From contig MU004186.1 in assembly GCA_010093605.1 (NCBI GenBank), forward strand, positions 575,765-639,764: DNA of 64,000 bases, written 5' to 3'. The stretch's first letter is position 1. The number at the start of each line of letters is the position of its first letter. The position numbers and the translations under genes were made by a program. Of the stretch, positions 33,753-45,134 are shown piece by piece. Below the pieces are notes generated by a model that worked only from the letters and a program-made list of their open reading frames with translations, was not told where the DNA came from and made no database searches. This DNA comes from Lophium mytilinum (lineage: Eukaryota).

Positions 33753-35987
33753 TTATACGAGGATTATGTCCTCTTCTTGGAATTCCCCACTCTTTAGCTT
33801 CTCCATGACCTCGCCCTTCATTAAGCCATGGATATAGCACCCGGCGACGAGTTTGTAGTTACCGGGCGATTGAGCTGCTGGTCTGAGGATATAAGGAATA
33901 GGTGCGCCAGGAAATACGCAGCAAAGATCGCCCTTCTCCAATGTCATATGACCGATCCCATAGTAACCAGTTTGCGTGCAGAAGAAGGAGCGATTCGTGA
34001 CCGTCAACTTGCGCTCATATTCCAAAGCATAAGCGCGCTGTTTTTCCTCAGTAGCCTCGGCCCTTCGTATAGGTTGTCGCACCGCCTCTCGATACGCCGC
34101 AAAACGCCTACGATGCATAGCGATAAAATCTTCCGCCGGGCGCATACTCAAGAAAGCATTGCCTGCCACCAGTACTAGACTGAAAGCATCTTCCTGTCTC
34201 TCTAGGGTTTGAATATCTTGGTCAGTTTCTTTCCTCAAACCCCATTCTTCCACCTCTTTCCATAGAGAGTCGATCGGCGGGACTAGCATACCACTGCTTT
34301 GGACCGTGGTTTGGATGGAGAAATCCTTGTTATGCAGCACTTTTGATTTGTGAACGATCGTATCAAAAATGAAGCCGCGCAGCTTAAGCGACTGATTCGA
34401 TTGGACGATAGCTTTGAATTTGACCTCTAGAGTTCCGCCCGCACGATACCAGTTGTCTATATTTCCGATCCTTGATACGCGCCCGCCTTCGTCCCAGCGC
34501 GGTACCCACGAAGGTCTGCTGCCGAAGAGAGATTTCGAATCCAATGTATGGTCGACATAGGTGAGAGTTATACAAGGGTGCAGGCCGTAATTGATCATCG
34601 CGCTAGCAGCTTCAAAATATACATCTTCCACCGATTTAGTATAATCGACCTCAACGAATTGGCTTCCGTCCGGCAGCCTGGCGTATGGGTGTCCGAGAAA
34701 GGCGTAGATATAGTCTCTTGAGTCGGTTGCTTCAAAAAAGCGCGCTATGGATAAGATGTCAAGGATGGTAACTGGGAAAGGTCGAAATCCTTGTTCCATG
34801 GTAGTGACCTCACTTCTCCAGCTTTGATGGTTTCCGTACGAATTCCATAACGCCCGGTAGGCTGAGACGATCTTTCCTGTGCGTAGTTCGCCTCTCAAAT
34901 GCCAGAGATCTTTTCGGAACATGTCAAGCAATGCTAGTTTGACGAGCTCAGACCAGTTCATCGTAGAATCTCCGTACATGATAGTGGCAAATGAAGCAAG
35001 GCCAACTTCTTGCAGTACCCATACGCGTTTGAACCAAGAATATTCCAGCATTTTCTTGACCTTGTCCCATTCTGTTTGGTCTAGCGAAACCCGAGGATTG
35101 TCGTTGGGAATAGGCACTCGCCGCAGGTCGCCGTATCGCTGTATTCCGGTCTCAAAATACCGATTCGACTCGATGATGAGCTTGAAGCAGTCTTCCGCGG
35201 CTCCATCGTCGTGCCCAAGCCATATCAGCACCTTTTTCGCATTCTCGTATATCTTGCCCATCCTCTCTACCTGATGGCCCTGCTCTTTCTTGTCGCTCTG
35301 ATTGATGCAGATTGCATCAGCCCATAACGCCTTCGCTTGCATGGGGTCTCGTATCTGGTGGAGCGCATCGCTGAGGCTTTGGGTGATTGAGAGCATCTTT
35401 CCGTCGCATGTGATATTAGAAGTCTGGCTTACGTCTCCCCACACGTAGGATATTGCCTCGTAGGTTCTAGCAGCATGCTCCAGTTCCATTGGCAAGAGCT
35501 TGCAGGAAAGCGGCCCCGCTCCAGGCTGAAGTTCTAGCACTCTCAAGTAGTCGTCTCCAGGAAACGGTTCATACTCGTATGGCTCATGGTTCGCCGAATC
35601 GTGCCTCATCGTATCATGGCTGGATGGTCCACTATCGGACGGTTCCTGGATTGATAGCTCATGATTGCATGGCTCATGTTCGAGGGGCGAGTCATTGTTG
35701 AAGGATTTTGGTCTCGATGGCCGCTGGGATGTGAATGGCTTGATCCCATCTATCCGCCCCATGGGCTCTAGCGCGGCAACCTCGCGCTGTTGAGGTGGGA
35801 GCATTAATGGGCTAATATTGAGGGGATCGCTCTTCTGGTTACTTCTACTCCTAAGGCTATATCTGTTGTTCGCTATCTCGAAGGGAGAAGAAGGCACCAT
35901 CAGCAACATCGCCTTCCCGTCCTCTTGCTGGGACGAGGCTTGCGAGGCTCCTCTGCGATCACCTTTTCTCTTCTTTATTTTCGGCAT
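33753..35987 (-). CDS. HET-domain (het-6-like heterokaryon incompatibility) protein
   Basis: LRVLEL, YEAISYVWG, LWADAICINQ, MGKIYENA, WFKRVWVLQE, ATDSRDYIYAFLG, PSWVPRW, GCYIHGLM. Confidence 0.93.
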   Translation of the reverse strand: MPKIKKRKGDRRGASQASSQQEDGKAMLLMVPSSPFEIANNRYSLRSRSNQKSDPLNISPLMLPPQQREVAALEPMGRIDGIKPFTSQRPSRPKSFNNDSPLEHEPCNHELSIQEPSDSGPSSHDTMRHDSANHEPYEYEPFPGDDYLRVLELQPGAGPLSCKLLPMELEHAARTYEAISYVWGDVSQTSNITCDGKMLSITQSLSDALHQIRDPMQAKALWADAICINQSDKKEQGHQVERMGKIYENAKKVLIWLGHDDGAAEDCFKLIIESNRYFETGIQRYGDLRRVPIPNDNPRVSLDQTEWDKVKKMLEYSWFKRVWVLQEVGLASFATIMYGDSTMNWSELVKLALLDMFRKDLWHLRGELRTGKIVSAYRALWNSYGNHQSWRSEVTTMEQGFRPFPVTILDILSIARFFEATDSRDYIYAFLGHPYARLPDGSQFVEVDYTKSVEDVYFEAASAMINYGLHPCITLTYVDHTLDSKSLFGSRPSWVPRWDEGGRVSRIGNIDNWYRAGGTLEVKFKAIVQSNQSLKLRGFIFDTIVHKSKVLHNKDFSIQTTVQSSGMLVPPIDSLWKEVEEWGLRKETDQDIQTLERQEDAFSLVLVAGNAFLSMRPAEDFIAMHRRRFAAYREAVRQPIRRAEATEEKQRAYALEYERKLTVTNRSFFCTQTGYYGIGHMTLEKGDLCCVFPGAPIPYILRPAAQSPGNYKLVAGCYIHGLMKGEVMEKLKSGEFQEEDIILV

Positions 35988-36939
35988 GTCAACGAAACGG
36001 GTTGCAAAACACTCCAAAACGTTGGCGCTTGAGGAGGACAGGAAGCTATACCGATCGTCCCGATGAAGGAGCCCGACTTTGAATCAAAGCTAGGGAAATC
36101 TGATCTACCGTACGAGGCACTTCAGACCTCAGAAAAGTCTACATAGGAACAGACACAATAGATCGCGTACTAGAATAGCTGAAGCGAAGCTGGAATGATG
36201 CATCAGAGGGAGGGAGAAGAGATGAACGGTGAGAACAGATGAGGTTGGGAGCTGAGGCTGAAGTAACATCGACAAGGCTGAGACTTCTAGGCATCCAAAG
36301 AGGCGAGAAGTTCAGCACTAAACCGAAACCGGAACACGGGTCCATGCCGCGCGGTGTATTAGATCTTGCCCGTTCTCTCTAACTGATGTTTCTGCTCTTT
36401 CCGCTCTACTTGATGCATAGCGCATCGCTTCAAAGGCTGGACGCATCAAGCGATCCCAATACCATCACCGCTAGTACCTTTTTGCTATAACATGACCAAG
36501 CCCTGTAGCAATGCACAACGTTAACTATGCCAAGTTAAGATGTAATCAGGTTACATAAGCGGAAGCACCACTCCACCTGGGCTGGTCAGGGCATTCCCCA
36601 GCAACCCAACTGTCCTGTCAATGTGTAGATTCATCTCATGACATGGAGCATTGAACTCTGTAGCACGTCACTCAACGACTTCGTCCGTTCTTAAGCGTCG
36701 CAATATTTATCATTTTTAACCTGCAACATATCGTCCGATACGAGCGTATTGCTGCCTGTTTCGCCATTGCTGGCATTCTTATCAGGTACCTCATCAATCG
36801 CTCTCTCAAATCGGGAAACAATGTATGGGTTGCCGCACCTATCTGTATTGCTTGTATGATCACCAGCCATTTCACCGTTTCACTGATCAATTATCGGAAT
36901 GACGCTGCGGAACGTCCTCTGCGGCGTACGCAGGCGAGG

Positions 36940-38786
36940 CTCCAGCATGCTGGCTATTTCGACTACACCTACAAGCCCCTCAACAAGTCAAATCCAAAAC
37001 GCATACGCCTCATCGAGCTAGTCCCGTGGAACGATGCAGATTTCGAAGACGAAATATATGTGCGAATCAAGATGCGGGTTTCCTCGCTAGAAGCCCAGAT
37101 GTGGAGTCATACGAGGCACTCTCGTACTGCTGGGGCGATCCAAATTGTCTTCGACCACTCGTCTGTGACGATGCCGTATATCTCGTCACCGAGCCCTTGT
37201 ACAATGCTCTTACCTGACTACGCTTGTTGAATTCTAAAAGACTCATATGGGCGGATGCTGTGTGTATCAATCAACGCGACTTGGAAGAAAAGAACTGGCA
37301 AGTCCAGATGATGTCGGAGATTTACCAGAATGCCACCCAAGTACTCGTTTATCTTGGCGAAGATGAAGGCAACAGCCAGCACATCGAAGATTTAGTTCTA
37401 AGCTTATCAAAGGCGAAGCTTAAGCTTGAGATGAGACAGGAGAATGGCACCATTACTAAGAACTCTGTTCTCACCAAAGAACTTCAGAAAGAGTTGGGAA
37501 TTCCGCTCATGAACTTTCTTTACTATGTTCCGTTCTTAGCCTTGCAAACACTTCTCCTGAGAGATTGGTTCCACCGGGTTTGGATAATTCAGGAAATCAT
37601 TCTTGCGAAGAATGCCATTGTGCTCTGCGGAAACTGGGAAGTACATGGGCGACCCTCTATGCTGCACTCGAGGTAACCCAGCCTCTACCAGACAACGGTG
37701 AAGATGTCATTGATCTTGGCTTAGACCGTCTTCGGCGGCTAGTCTGGTCTAAAGAACAAATTGTATCAGATGGTGCCACGTTGGAGCAATTGCTACCCCA
37801 ACACCGTGGAGCAGGCGCTACAGACCCTCGAGATCATGTTTATGCCCTTCTTGGGCTAGCTACCGATAAAGACGATTTTGAGGTCGACTACACAAAGTCA
37901 GTCTCGCAGGTGTTCTGCGATGCTGCTAGACAAATACTTACTTCTTCCCAAAACCTTCGGCTTCTCGAGCTCGTCAGCAACGCTCGGTGCAGAAACGATC
38001 TAACGCTGCCTTCGTGGGTGCCCGATCGGGGAAATGATCTGCTACGCATGCCGTTGACGGAACATTGCCTTCGTCCTTTGAAAGTTCACCATGAACTCAG
38101 TCCTGATGGGCTAAAACTCACAACCATCCCTGGCACAGAGGTTGACTCGATTGCTCTCACTGGTGTTTGTTTTCCGTTCAAGCTAAATGGACCAGTATAT
38201 AGACCCGTGGTATCAATTGCGGTGTCACTCAAGCTTCCGCAACTGGATTGACGTTTTCCAACCCTTTTTTAGCGAGCCATATCCTATTGGAAAGGAACCT
38301 AATGTCAACGCTTTCTGGCAGGTATTCACAGACAACGATCTTTCTTTCAGCATGGACATGTGCTATCAGAGGGTCCTTGGGCTCTTTTGTCGTTTAGCAT
38401 GCTGGGTGGTTTGTTTTCCAGTAACATTCGATTCACCACTACGACAGATTCTTGGCTACTTCCTCCTGTTTTTACCTTTGTCTGTGCCTCTTCGTCTGTA
38501 TTGGCGAGCGTTAAATAGCGAGAGATTCCAGACCTTACCGGTTTCGAAGTATTCCAATGGACGTAGAATGATCAGAACGGCGAGAGCTCTACTTGGGCTG
38601 GCACCAGAAGATACGAAGGTAGGCGACATAGTCTTCTTGCTGCATGGCGGTTCCATACCAATGTTACTGCGTAGAAGCTTGAGCGATCGAGACGCATACG
38701 AAGTTGTTGGCGAGTGTTATCTGCACGGGTTTATGGATAAGTTGGCAACTCACATTGGAGAGTGTTATAAGATCTTCCTTGTTTAA
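36940..38786 (+). pseudogene. HET-domain (het-6-like) pseudogene: 3 frameshifts and 1 in-frame stop
   Basis: IRLIEL / YEALSYCWG..NALT*LR..IWADAVCINQ..WFHRVWIIQE / ATDPRDHVYALLG..PSWVPD / VGECYLHGFM split over changing frames; TGA at 37215-37217. Confidence 0.88.
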
Positions 38787-39882
38787 AGAACACCCGCCGT
38801 TGATCGAGGATTGGGGCACATGAAAGTTAAGTACAAGCATTCTCACACGACCTTCATTTTCAATTCCAAATGCAACCCACATATCCATTTTCCTAACAAC
38901 CCAAGCAAAGGCTTTGTATCTAAAGACCACGGACTATCCTGGCCCCATCCTAGTATCCCCTGTTGCCCATGTCAATCATGTAGGACACATCCGCATCCAC
39001 ATTGCAAACCAGCCACCCACCCACAGTGATATCAGAACGGTTTCTCATTCAGCAAGCTTTCCACTGTTACCAATAACCAGACACCCCAGTCCAGGTTTCC
39101 ACCGGAGAAAGAGAAGGAAGGAAAAAGCCGTTCAGATCCCACCTACACACCATACCAGAGAAGTAAGTAACCACGGAGAACCAAACGTAGGATACAAGAA
39201 GGTTAGGTCCGAAGTCCCGAGAAGTGCCAGAAGCTCAAGAACCAGAAAAGCCAGCTGCCAAACATGCTCAAGTGAGCACAAGGTATCGAAGCGAGTGGTG
39301 GTGGTTCCACGCGGGAAAACAGAAAAAAGGATGGCAGGGCATACAAATCGTGATTCCGAAAGGCAAGCCTGCTTCCTTTCCTCCAATTCCTTCCGTTGGA
39401 AATCCGGAGAACGAGAGACAAAAGGAAAGTGCAGAAGCAGTGTTTTTCGCACATCGGGGACGTTCGATCCAAGTGGACAGCCAGTGCCTGCGTGGAAAAA
39501 AAATTCAATCCCGATGAGATGAGAATGCGATGATGGTATGAGAGTGGATGTGTGCTGCAAAAGCCTTTGCAATACGAACTAGTAGGCCAAGGAAAAATAA
39601 GTCGACAGAGCCTCGGGGAGCATTGGCGAGCGAAAGGGAATCTAGCAGTCCGATCTTCAGGCAAAAGGTAGAAAAGGGAAAGCCCCGAGCTCGACAATCA
39701 TATACAGCATGTGAAGCTTGTGGGCTAGACGCTCCCAAGAAGATTGTAACGCCGCCGCCTGCTGAACCGAGAAGATTGTGCTTGGGATGAATCTGATTGA
39801 TGTGGGTCAAAGGGAACCGTAGATGTAATGGAGTATTCACAGGTATCGCGAGAGTACATCCTTGTGTTCTTCAAAGAAGTAA

Positions 39883-42800
39883 CTATCTCTGAGATTGGTG
39901 TCAGTTACTAGATCATTGATTGTCGTCGCATTGCTGTGGACTTGATTACTCACCCTTCCGCGTCGGCCCTGACCTGCGCCGACTTGCTGCTGTTGCTGTT
40001 GCTGGGGTTGCTGCATGTACATTCCGTATGGATACATCTGGGGGTTCATGACACCTCCCATTCCCTGGCCAAATTGAGCTTGTTGAAGCATTGGAGAGCC
40101 AGCCATGCCCGGTGGAACCATCGGTGCCCCATTCCTAAATCCTTGGACACCCAAGGCTGGCGTCTGAGGACTCTGGAACCCGTTCATAGGTTGGTAGAGC
40201 GCATTCGCCCTAGAAGCGGCGAGAACAGCTTGTTGGTACTGGTACTGAGCCTGCTGTGGCGTCAAAGCTGCGAGTGGAATGTTGGCTTCTGGTGAGAACA
40301 TGGGTTGGTTCATTCCATTTAGAGGGTACTGCTCGAAACCGTTGGAGTCCACGCTACCGGTCCTCTGCAGTGCGATCGGATCAAATGCCGGAGCGGCCAC
40401 ATTTGAGTAGAACTGCCTGTTCAACTGTGCATCCATGTTGCCTTGGCCGAGTTGGCCGTTTGCTTGGCTTTGCTTCGATCCTGGCCTAGTTTCGCTGGGG
40501 TCCCTGTGGCCATCACGACCACCAGATCCACCACCGCGAGTCGACAAGCTAACTTCATCCATGAGGCGTTTATAGCCCTGTGCAGGCTGAGCCTTGATTC
40601 GGAGCAGGACATTGCGCACGTTCTGAACAACACCCGCCCGGATTTCCTCATCGAAGAACGGAGTGGTCAAGACCTTGAAGATCAAGGTGGCGCCACAGCT
40701 CTGGTCACTCAAGATGTCCTCGAGTACCTGGTCATTGGCGGAGAAGAACAGGGCTTGGAGAATTGTATCGCGGGCCTCGGGTTCGTTTCGCTGGTTGATT
40801 ATTTTCAGTACAGTCAAATAGGCGACCTTGTGAGTGCACAGATGGACGAGGTGAGGAACGAGGCGAGGGGCAAGAACCGTGCGCCTACGAGGAAAGGTGC
40901 AAGTGTCGAGGAACCAGGTGAGAAGAAGAGCTCCGTTGGCATTAGTTGCAAGCTGGACGCTGTGAAGGGCAATGGTAGCTGCAACCATGCGTTGCTGATC
41001 CTTGGTTGCGTAGTGGCTCTCTAAACAAGCTCGCATAGCTCTGGCACCGAACCGTCCTTGCGCCAGTTCCCACAACCGGGCGAGCATGACGTCGAAGATG
41101 AAGTTGTTCAGCGGGAATGAGTACCTGAGACATCCTTGCATAACGTAATTTCCAAATTGGTCCAGGAATAGTGGCATAGCATACGCTCGAAGGCTCTCGA
41201 CAACCAACTTCATCAGCTCAGGGGTCCTGGCGACGTCGATGATCTTCTGAGCAGCCCATGTTCCGTTCTTGTGAACGCCAATCTTTGCAAGATGAGGGGC
41301 GATTTCGGCCAGCATGGCCTCTTTGGTTGGCTCCGAACAGTACTCGAACAGCTTCTGCACCACCGTGTTTCCCAGGTAGTCGGAGGAAAGCTCGGCTATT
41401 TCCGGAAGCATGTTCATGGCAATCTCTTCGATCTCAGGCTGAGAGCACGAGTTGTTGTCGATCCTCTTCCGAATTTCACGGAGTCTGGGCGCGTCATGAA
41501 CTCGACTGTGGCTCGGCTCTTCAACGTTGGGGATCTCGTCCTCATAGTGATTGTTCTTGATAGCCTGCTCTACATAAGCAGCAATCGTAGCTTGCTCAGC
41601 ATCGCTAGCTCCAAGTTCTTTGACGATCTGGACAATGTCTTCGCGGATATCGGGCAATTCGGGTGTCGTCAGAGGCGCGACCGCAGTCTCTGGACGGGAT
41701 CCATTGGTCTGACGAGCAGTGTTGTTGCCAACTCCTACCGGACCTCCCTCCATCTGACCCTTGGCGAGCGGGTCTGGGCTGGGTGACGGGAATAGACTGT
41801 TGTTTCCAGGAGTGGCAGACGCACTTGGGACCTTAGCGTATCCAATTCGGACAGGTCCTGCGCCGGGAAAGATCTCCTTGCCGTTCAGTTGCGACTTTGC
41901 TTGCACTGCGCTGTCTAGAGTCTCGAAATTGACAAAGCCGCAGTTCTTGTGGGTAAGAACTCTAGTAGATTCAATGGGCCCGTAGGCGTTGAAGATGACG
42001 TTCAAGGACGAAACGGTCGTAGAAGATGGGATATTTCCCAGCCACAGAGCTCTAGTTGGGCCTTCTAGGTTATTGTCGTCCCCTCCCATGTTAGTGCTAG
42101 GCTTTCCATTAAGCTGCATGTTATGCACAGCTTCGGCGAGGCCAGAGTATTCCGACTCTTCGCGAAGTTGCAAGTCCGATGCGGACACACTGTTGTCTAG
42201 TCTGGATGAAGTCGGAAGATAATTGCGCATTAGGCGTGAAGATGGAGAGTCAAGGACTCCAGCAGTGCGGGCCCGAGGACGGCTCGCACTTGCAAAGTTT
42301 GCGAAGGCTTGGACTTCAAGATTGTGCTGCCGAACGGCCTCTTGAATGGTAGCATAAGCTGCGGCATCGGCGGAAGGGGTGAGTGTGCCACTGTAGTTGC
42401 CAGGATATCCCATCTGGTCGAGCTCGTCGTCCTCTTCGGCGTACTTTTCCTTTGCGTTGACAGAGTAGGATCGGAACCGGTTGGCATTACGGTTCAGCAG
42501 ATCATTCTGATTGAACGCGTTCCTCTGACCTTCCAGGAGTAACTCAATATCCGAAGGAGCAAGTGTAGCCCTGGCAGGCTGAGGGGTGTCAACGAGACCA
42601 AGATAATCTAGCGTTCTAACATCAGCATCCGCGAGCGATTCGCGTGAAAATGAAGATTGGGCAGGTGAAGTCGGACCGTTGGATGACTGGATGCTGGCCA
42701 AAGTGTCGCCTCGCTGTCGGCCGGTAGACCAATTAGACGAGAAGATAGATGAGCCAAATGGAGACGAAGAAGGCAGGAAGCCAGGGCGTTGAGGCATTGA

Positions 42801-43481
42801 GCCAGCCCTGAGACGGGAGAGAAGAGCTGAGGTCGCAGCGGCAGAAGTGTTGGAACCAAAGCCCGCGGTCTCGGTCGGCGTTCCTGGCTTGAAAGGACTC
42901 GTGGAAGGCGTTGGACGAGAAGTCTTAGGAAGAAGGGAGGGTTGTGGCATTGAACCAGTAGGTGCACCAGCTGGAGAGAAACGTGAAGGCAAGGTTCCGG
43001 CACGAGCCCTTCGGCCAGCCGTCTGCGGAGTAGGAGGCTCAGGCATGGATGAATTGAAGTCAGGGAAGCTGTCAGCGTTTGGGGACTCGGGGATGGTTTC
43101 GCGCAGAGGAGTCGAGTTGCCGCTGGTTGGTGGTCCCCACAATTGTGGACCAAGTCCCTCCTGGGCCTGGATCTCGCGGGCACTAAGGTCGGAGGTTAGC
43201 TAGGTCCCAATGAATTGCACGTTTCATGTATCAACTTACCGTTTTGAGAAGACTCTGTACTCATGCGATGGCGAACCGGCCCCTAGGCGCACGCCTGCAG
43301 TAGCATTTCCAATTCCACTCGCAGTGTTGCCATTGCCCAGAGGGTATCGGGTTGACGAGCTGGTAGGCGGCTCGATTGGAGAGGTAGCGGCAGTGGAGGA
43401 GCCGGACCTCGGGGCTTGGGAGGTCATCTGCGGGAGGTAGTTGAGGTTGATGTGATGGTCAGGCCGCGTTGGGGGAGCCAT
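39883..43481 (-). CDS. JSN1: Pumilio-family RNA-binding protein with RRM, JSN1/PUF2-type (introns 43183-43239 and probably 39889-39953)
   Basis: RALWLGNIP..CGFVNF RRM; PUF repeats DYLGNTVVQKL, HKNGTWAAQKI, DQFGNYVMQ. Confidence 0.92.
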
Positions 43482-45134
43482 TATGAATTATAGACCCTGT
43501 CCGTTTATCGTGTAGGCGTTTAAAGACGAGGGGTGCAGTGCTGCCCTCGATTACCAAACCAGGGTAAATGTTGAAGAAGAATTGGGCCGGCCGAAGGAAT
43601 GTAATGGCAGTCGAGTATTGCCAGCAAGACCGTATTCAGCGCGAGCGACGACGACGAAGGCTCTGCGCGGGTTGTGCGTGAAATGTACAGGGGAAGATGC
43701 CTATCCACCCAGACCTGCTGACGAGAGGTCTTCCGTCGGAGGAAGCCAGCGGGAGCGCTGATGAGCGAGGGCAGAGGCGATGATATCGAGCAAGTTGAGG
43801 ACAGCCAGCTTCCGTGAAGGAGGACAATCGGAGCGAGCAGGACGCAGCGTTGTTGAATGCTGCTGGCCAGGGACGAACAGACTGGCAGCGGACGAGGCTC
43901 GAGTGGCGACAGGCGAGCGGTGGGCGTGGAATTAGCAAGGAGCGTTATATTCGGGAAGCCGGGCTCGTCGGGGGCTCGATTATGGTACAGACGGCGATGG
44001 GTGCAATAGACAAGCCTGGGGCGCGGCCTGGAGAAGGAAACGAAACAAGATTACGACAATGCCGATTAGGAGGGTTAGGGCGCGCAGAGGACGAGACGGA
44101 CTGCGGTGAAGGAGAGGGGGGAGGGTGAGGGAGCGAGGGAGGGAGGAGACTGCGCAGGTGGTGAGGTTCTCGGGGTGGAGAGGTCGGTGGAGCTGTGGCC
44201 GCAGGCGAAACGGGAGCGACAAGGGCTGGACAGGGAGCAGAAAGCATCAAATTCAACGCGGCCGCTTTTTCTCTCAAACGGCGCCGAGGGCAGCAAATGG
44301 GCGCCCTGATCACACGGGCGACGGCTTTGGCGGTGCTGCAGCGGCCTCCTCTCCTGTCACAGACACTGGCTTGGCTGGGGGCTGTCCTGACTGGCCCATT
44401 CAGCTTACCACTGCACCACGATGAAACAAACGGGGCGCTTCACCTCCGCAGACGTGCATCCACGCCCGGGAGCAGCCCGGCAGCCGTCGAGAGCATCTCT
44501 TACGTGGTCCCCAGGCACCAAGTCTATACTTGGGTGCAACGCGCATCCTCGCCGTGTTGGGGTCATTTATATACGGCGAGGCAGCATCGGCAGCGCTCAG
44601 TCATGCTTCGTAGCCAGTCTGCCATCCGACGGCCGTCCTTTGTTCTATCAGACAGCCGCCGCGCGGTTTGAGACAAGCTGAGGGCCGCAACAGAGAAGGG
44701 ATTCCAGGACATTCAAGGGGAAGCAGGCACGGCGCAGAAGCAGTGCCGCATGCCACCCCGATGCGCAGTGTGTTGCGGCTCGAGTGACTCGCGCTGAGGC
44801 AGTATCCACTGTTCTGTCTCGAGTCGTCCCGAGGTGGTTGAATGCAGCTGTCTTCGAGCCTGAGGCTGGAAAGATGAGGCGGCTCGTCTATCGCGCACGC
44901 TACCCAAGTTTCACGTGCCACATCCCTGCCATTAATTCCCACTGCTTGCCCGCAACCTCACTCCACCAGCGCGTCTCCAGTCGAACTCTCTGGAAACCCC
45001 CCATCAACCCCAGACGCTGTCCTCGCCTGCGAAATCCAACTCGCTTTGCCTCAAATCTGTCCCTATCGCCTCGTCCTGCCCTCCTCAGTTGATCTCTCTC
45101 CTCCACCTGCCACACCCGCGTCCACACACCCGCC

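Noticed and set aside
38914..39840. ORFs of 111-202 aa between the HET pseudogene and the pumilio gene
   Set aside because: Best explained as the 3' UTR of the pumilio gene; no protein-like features
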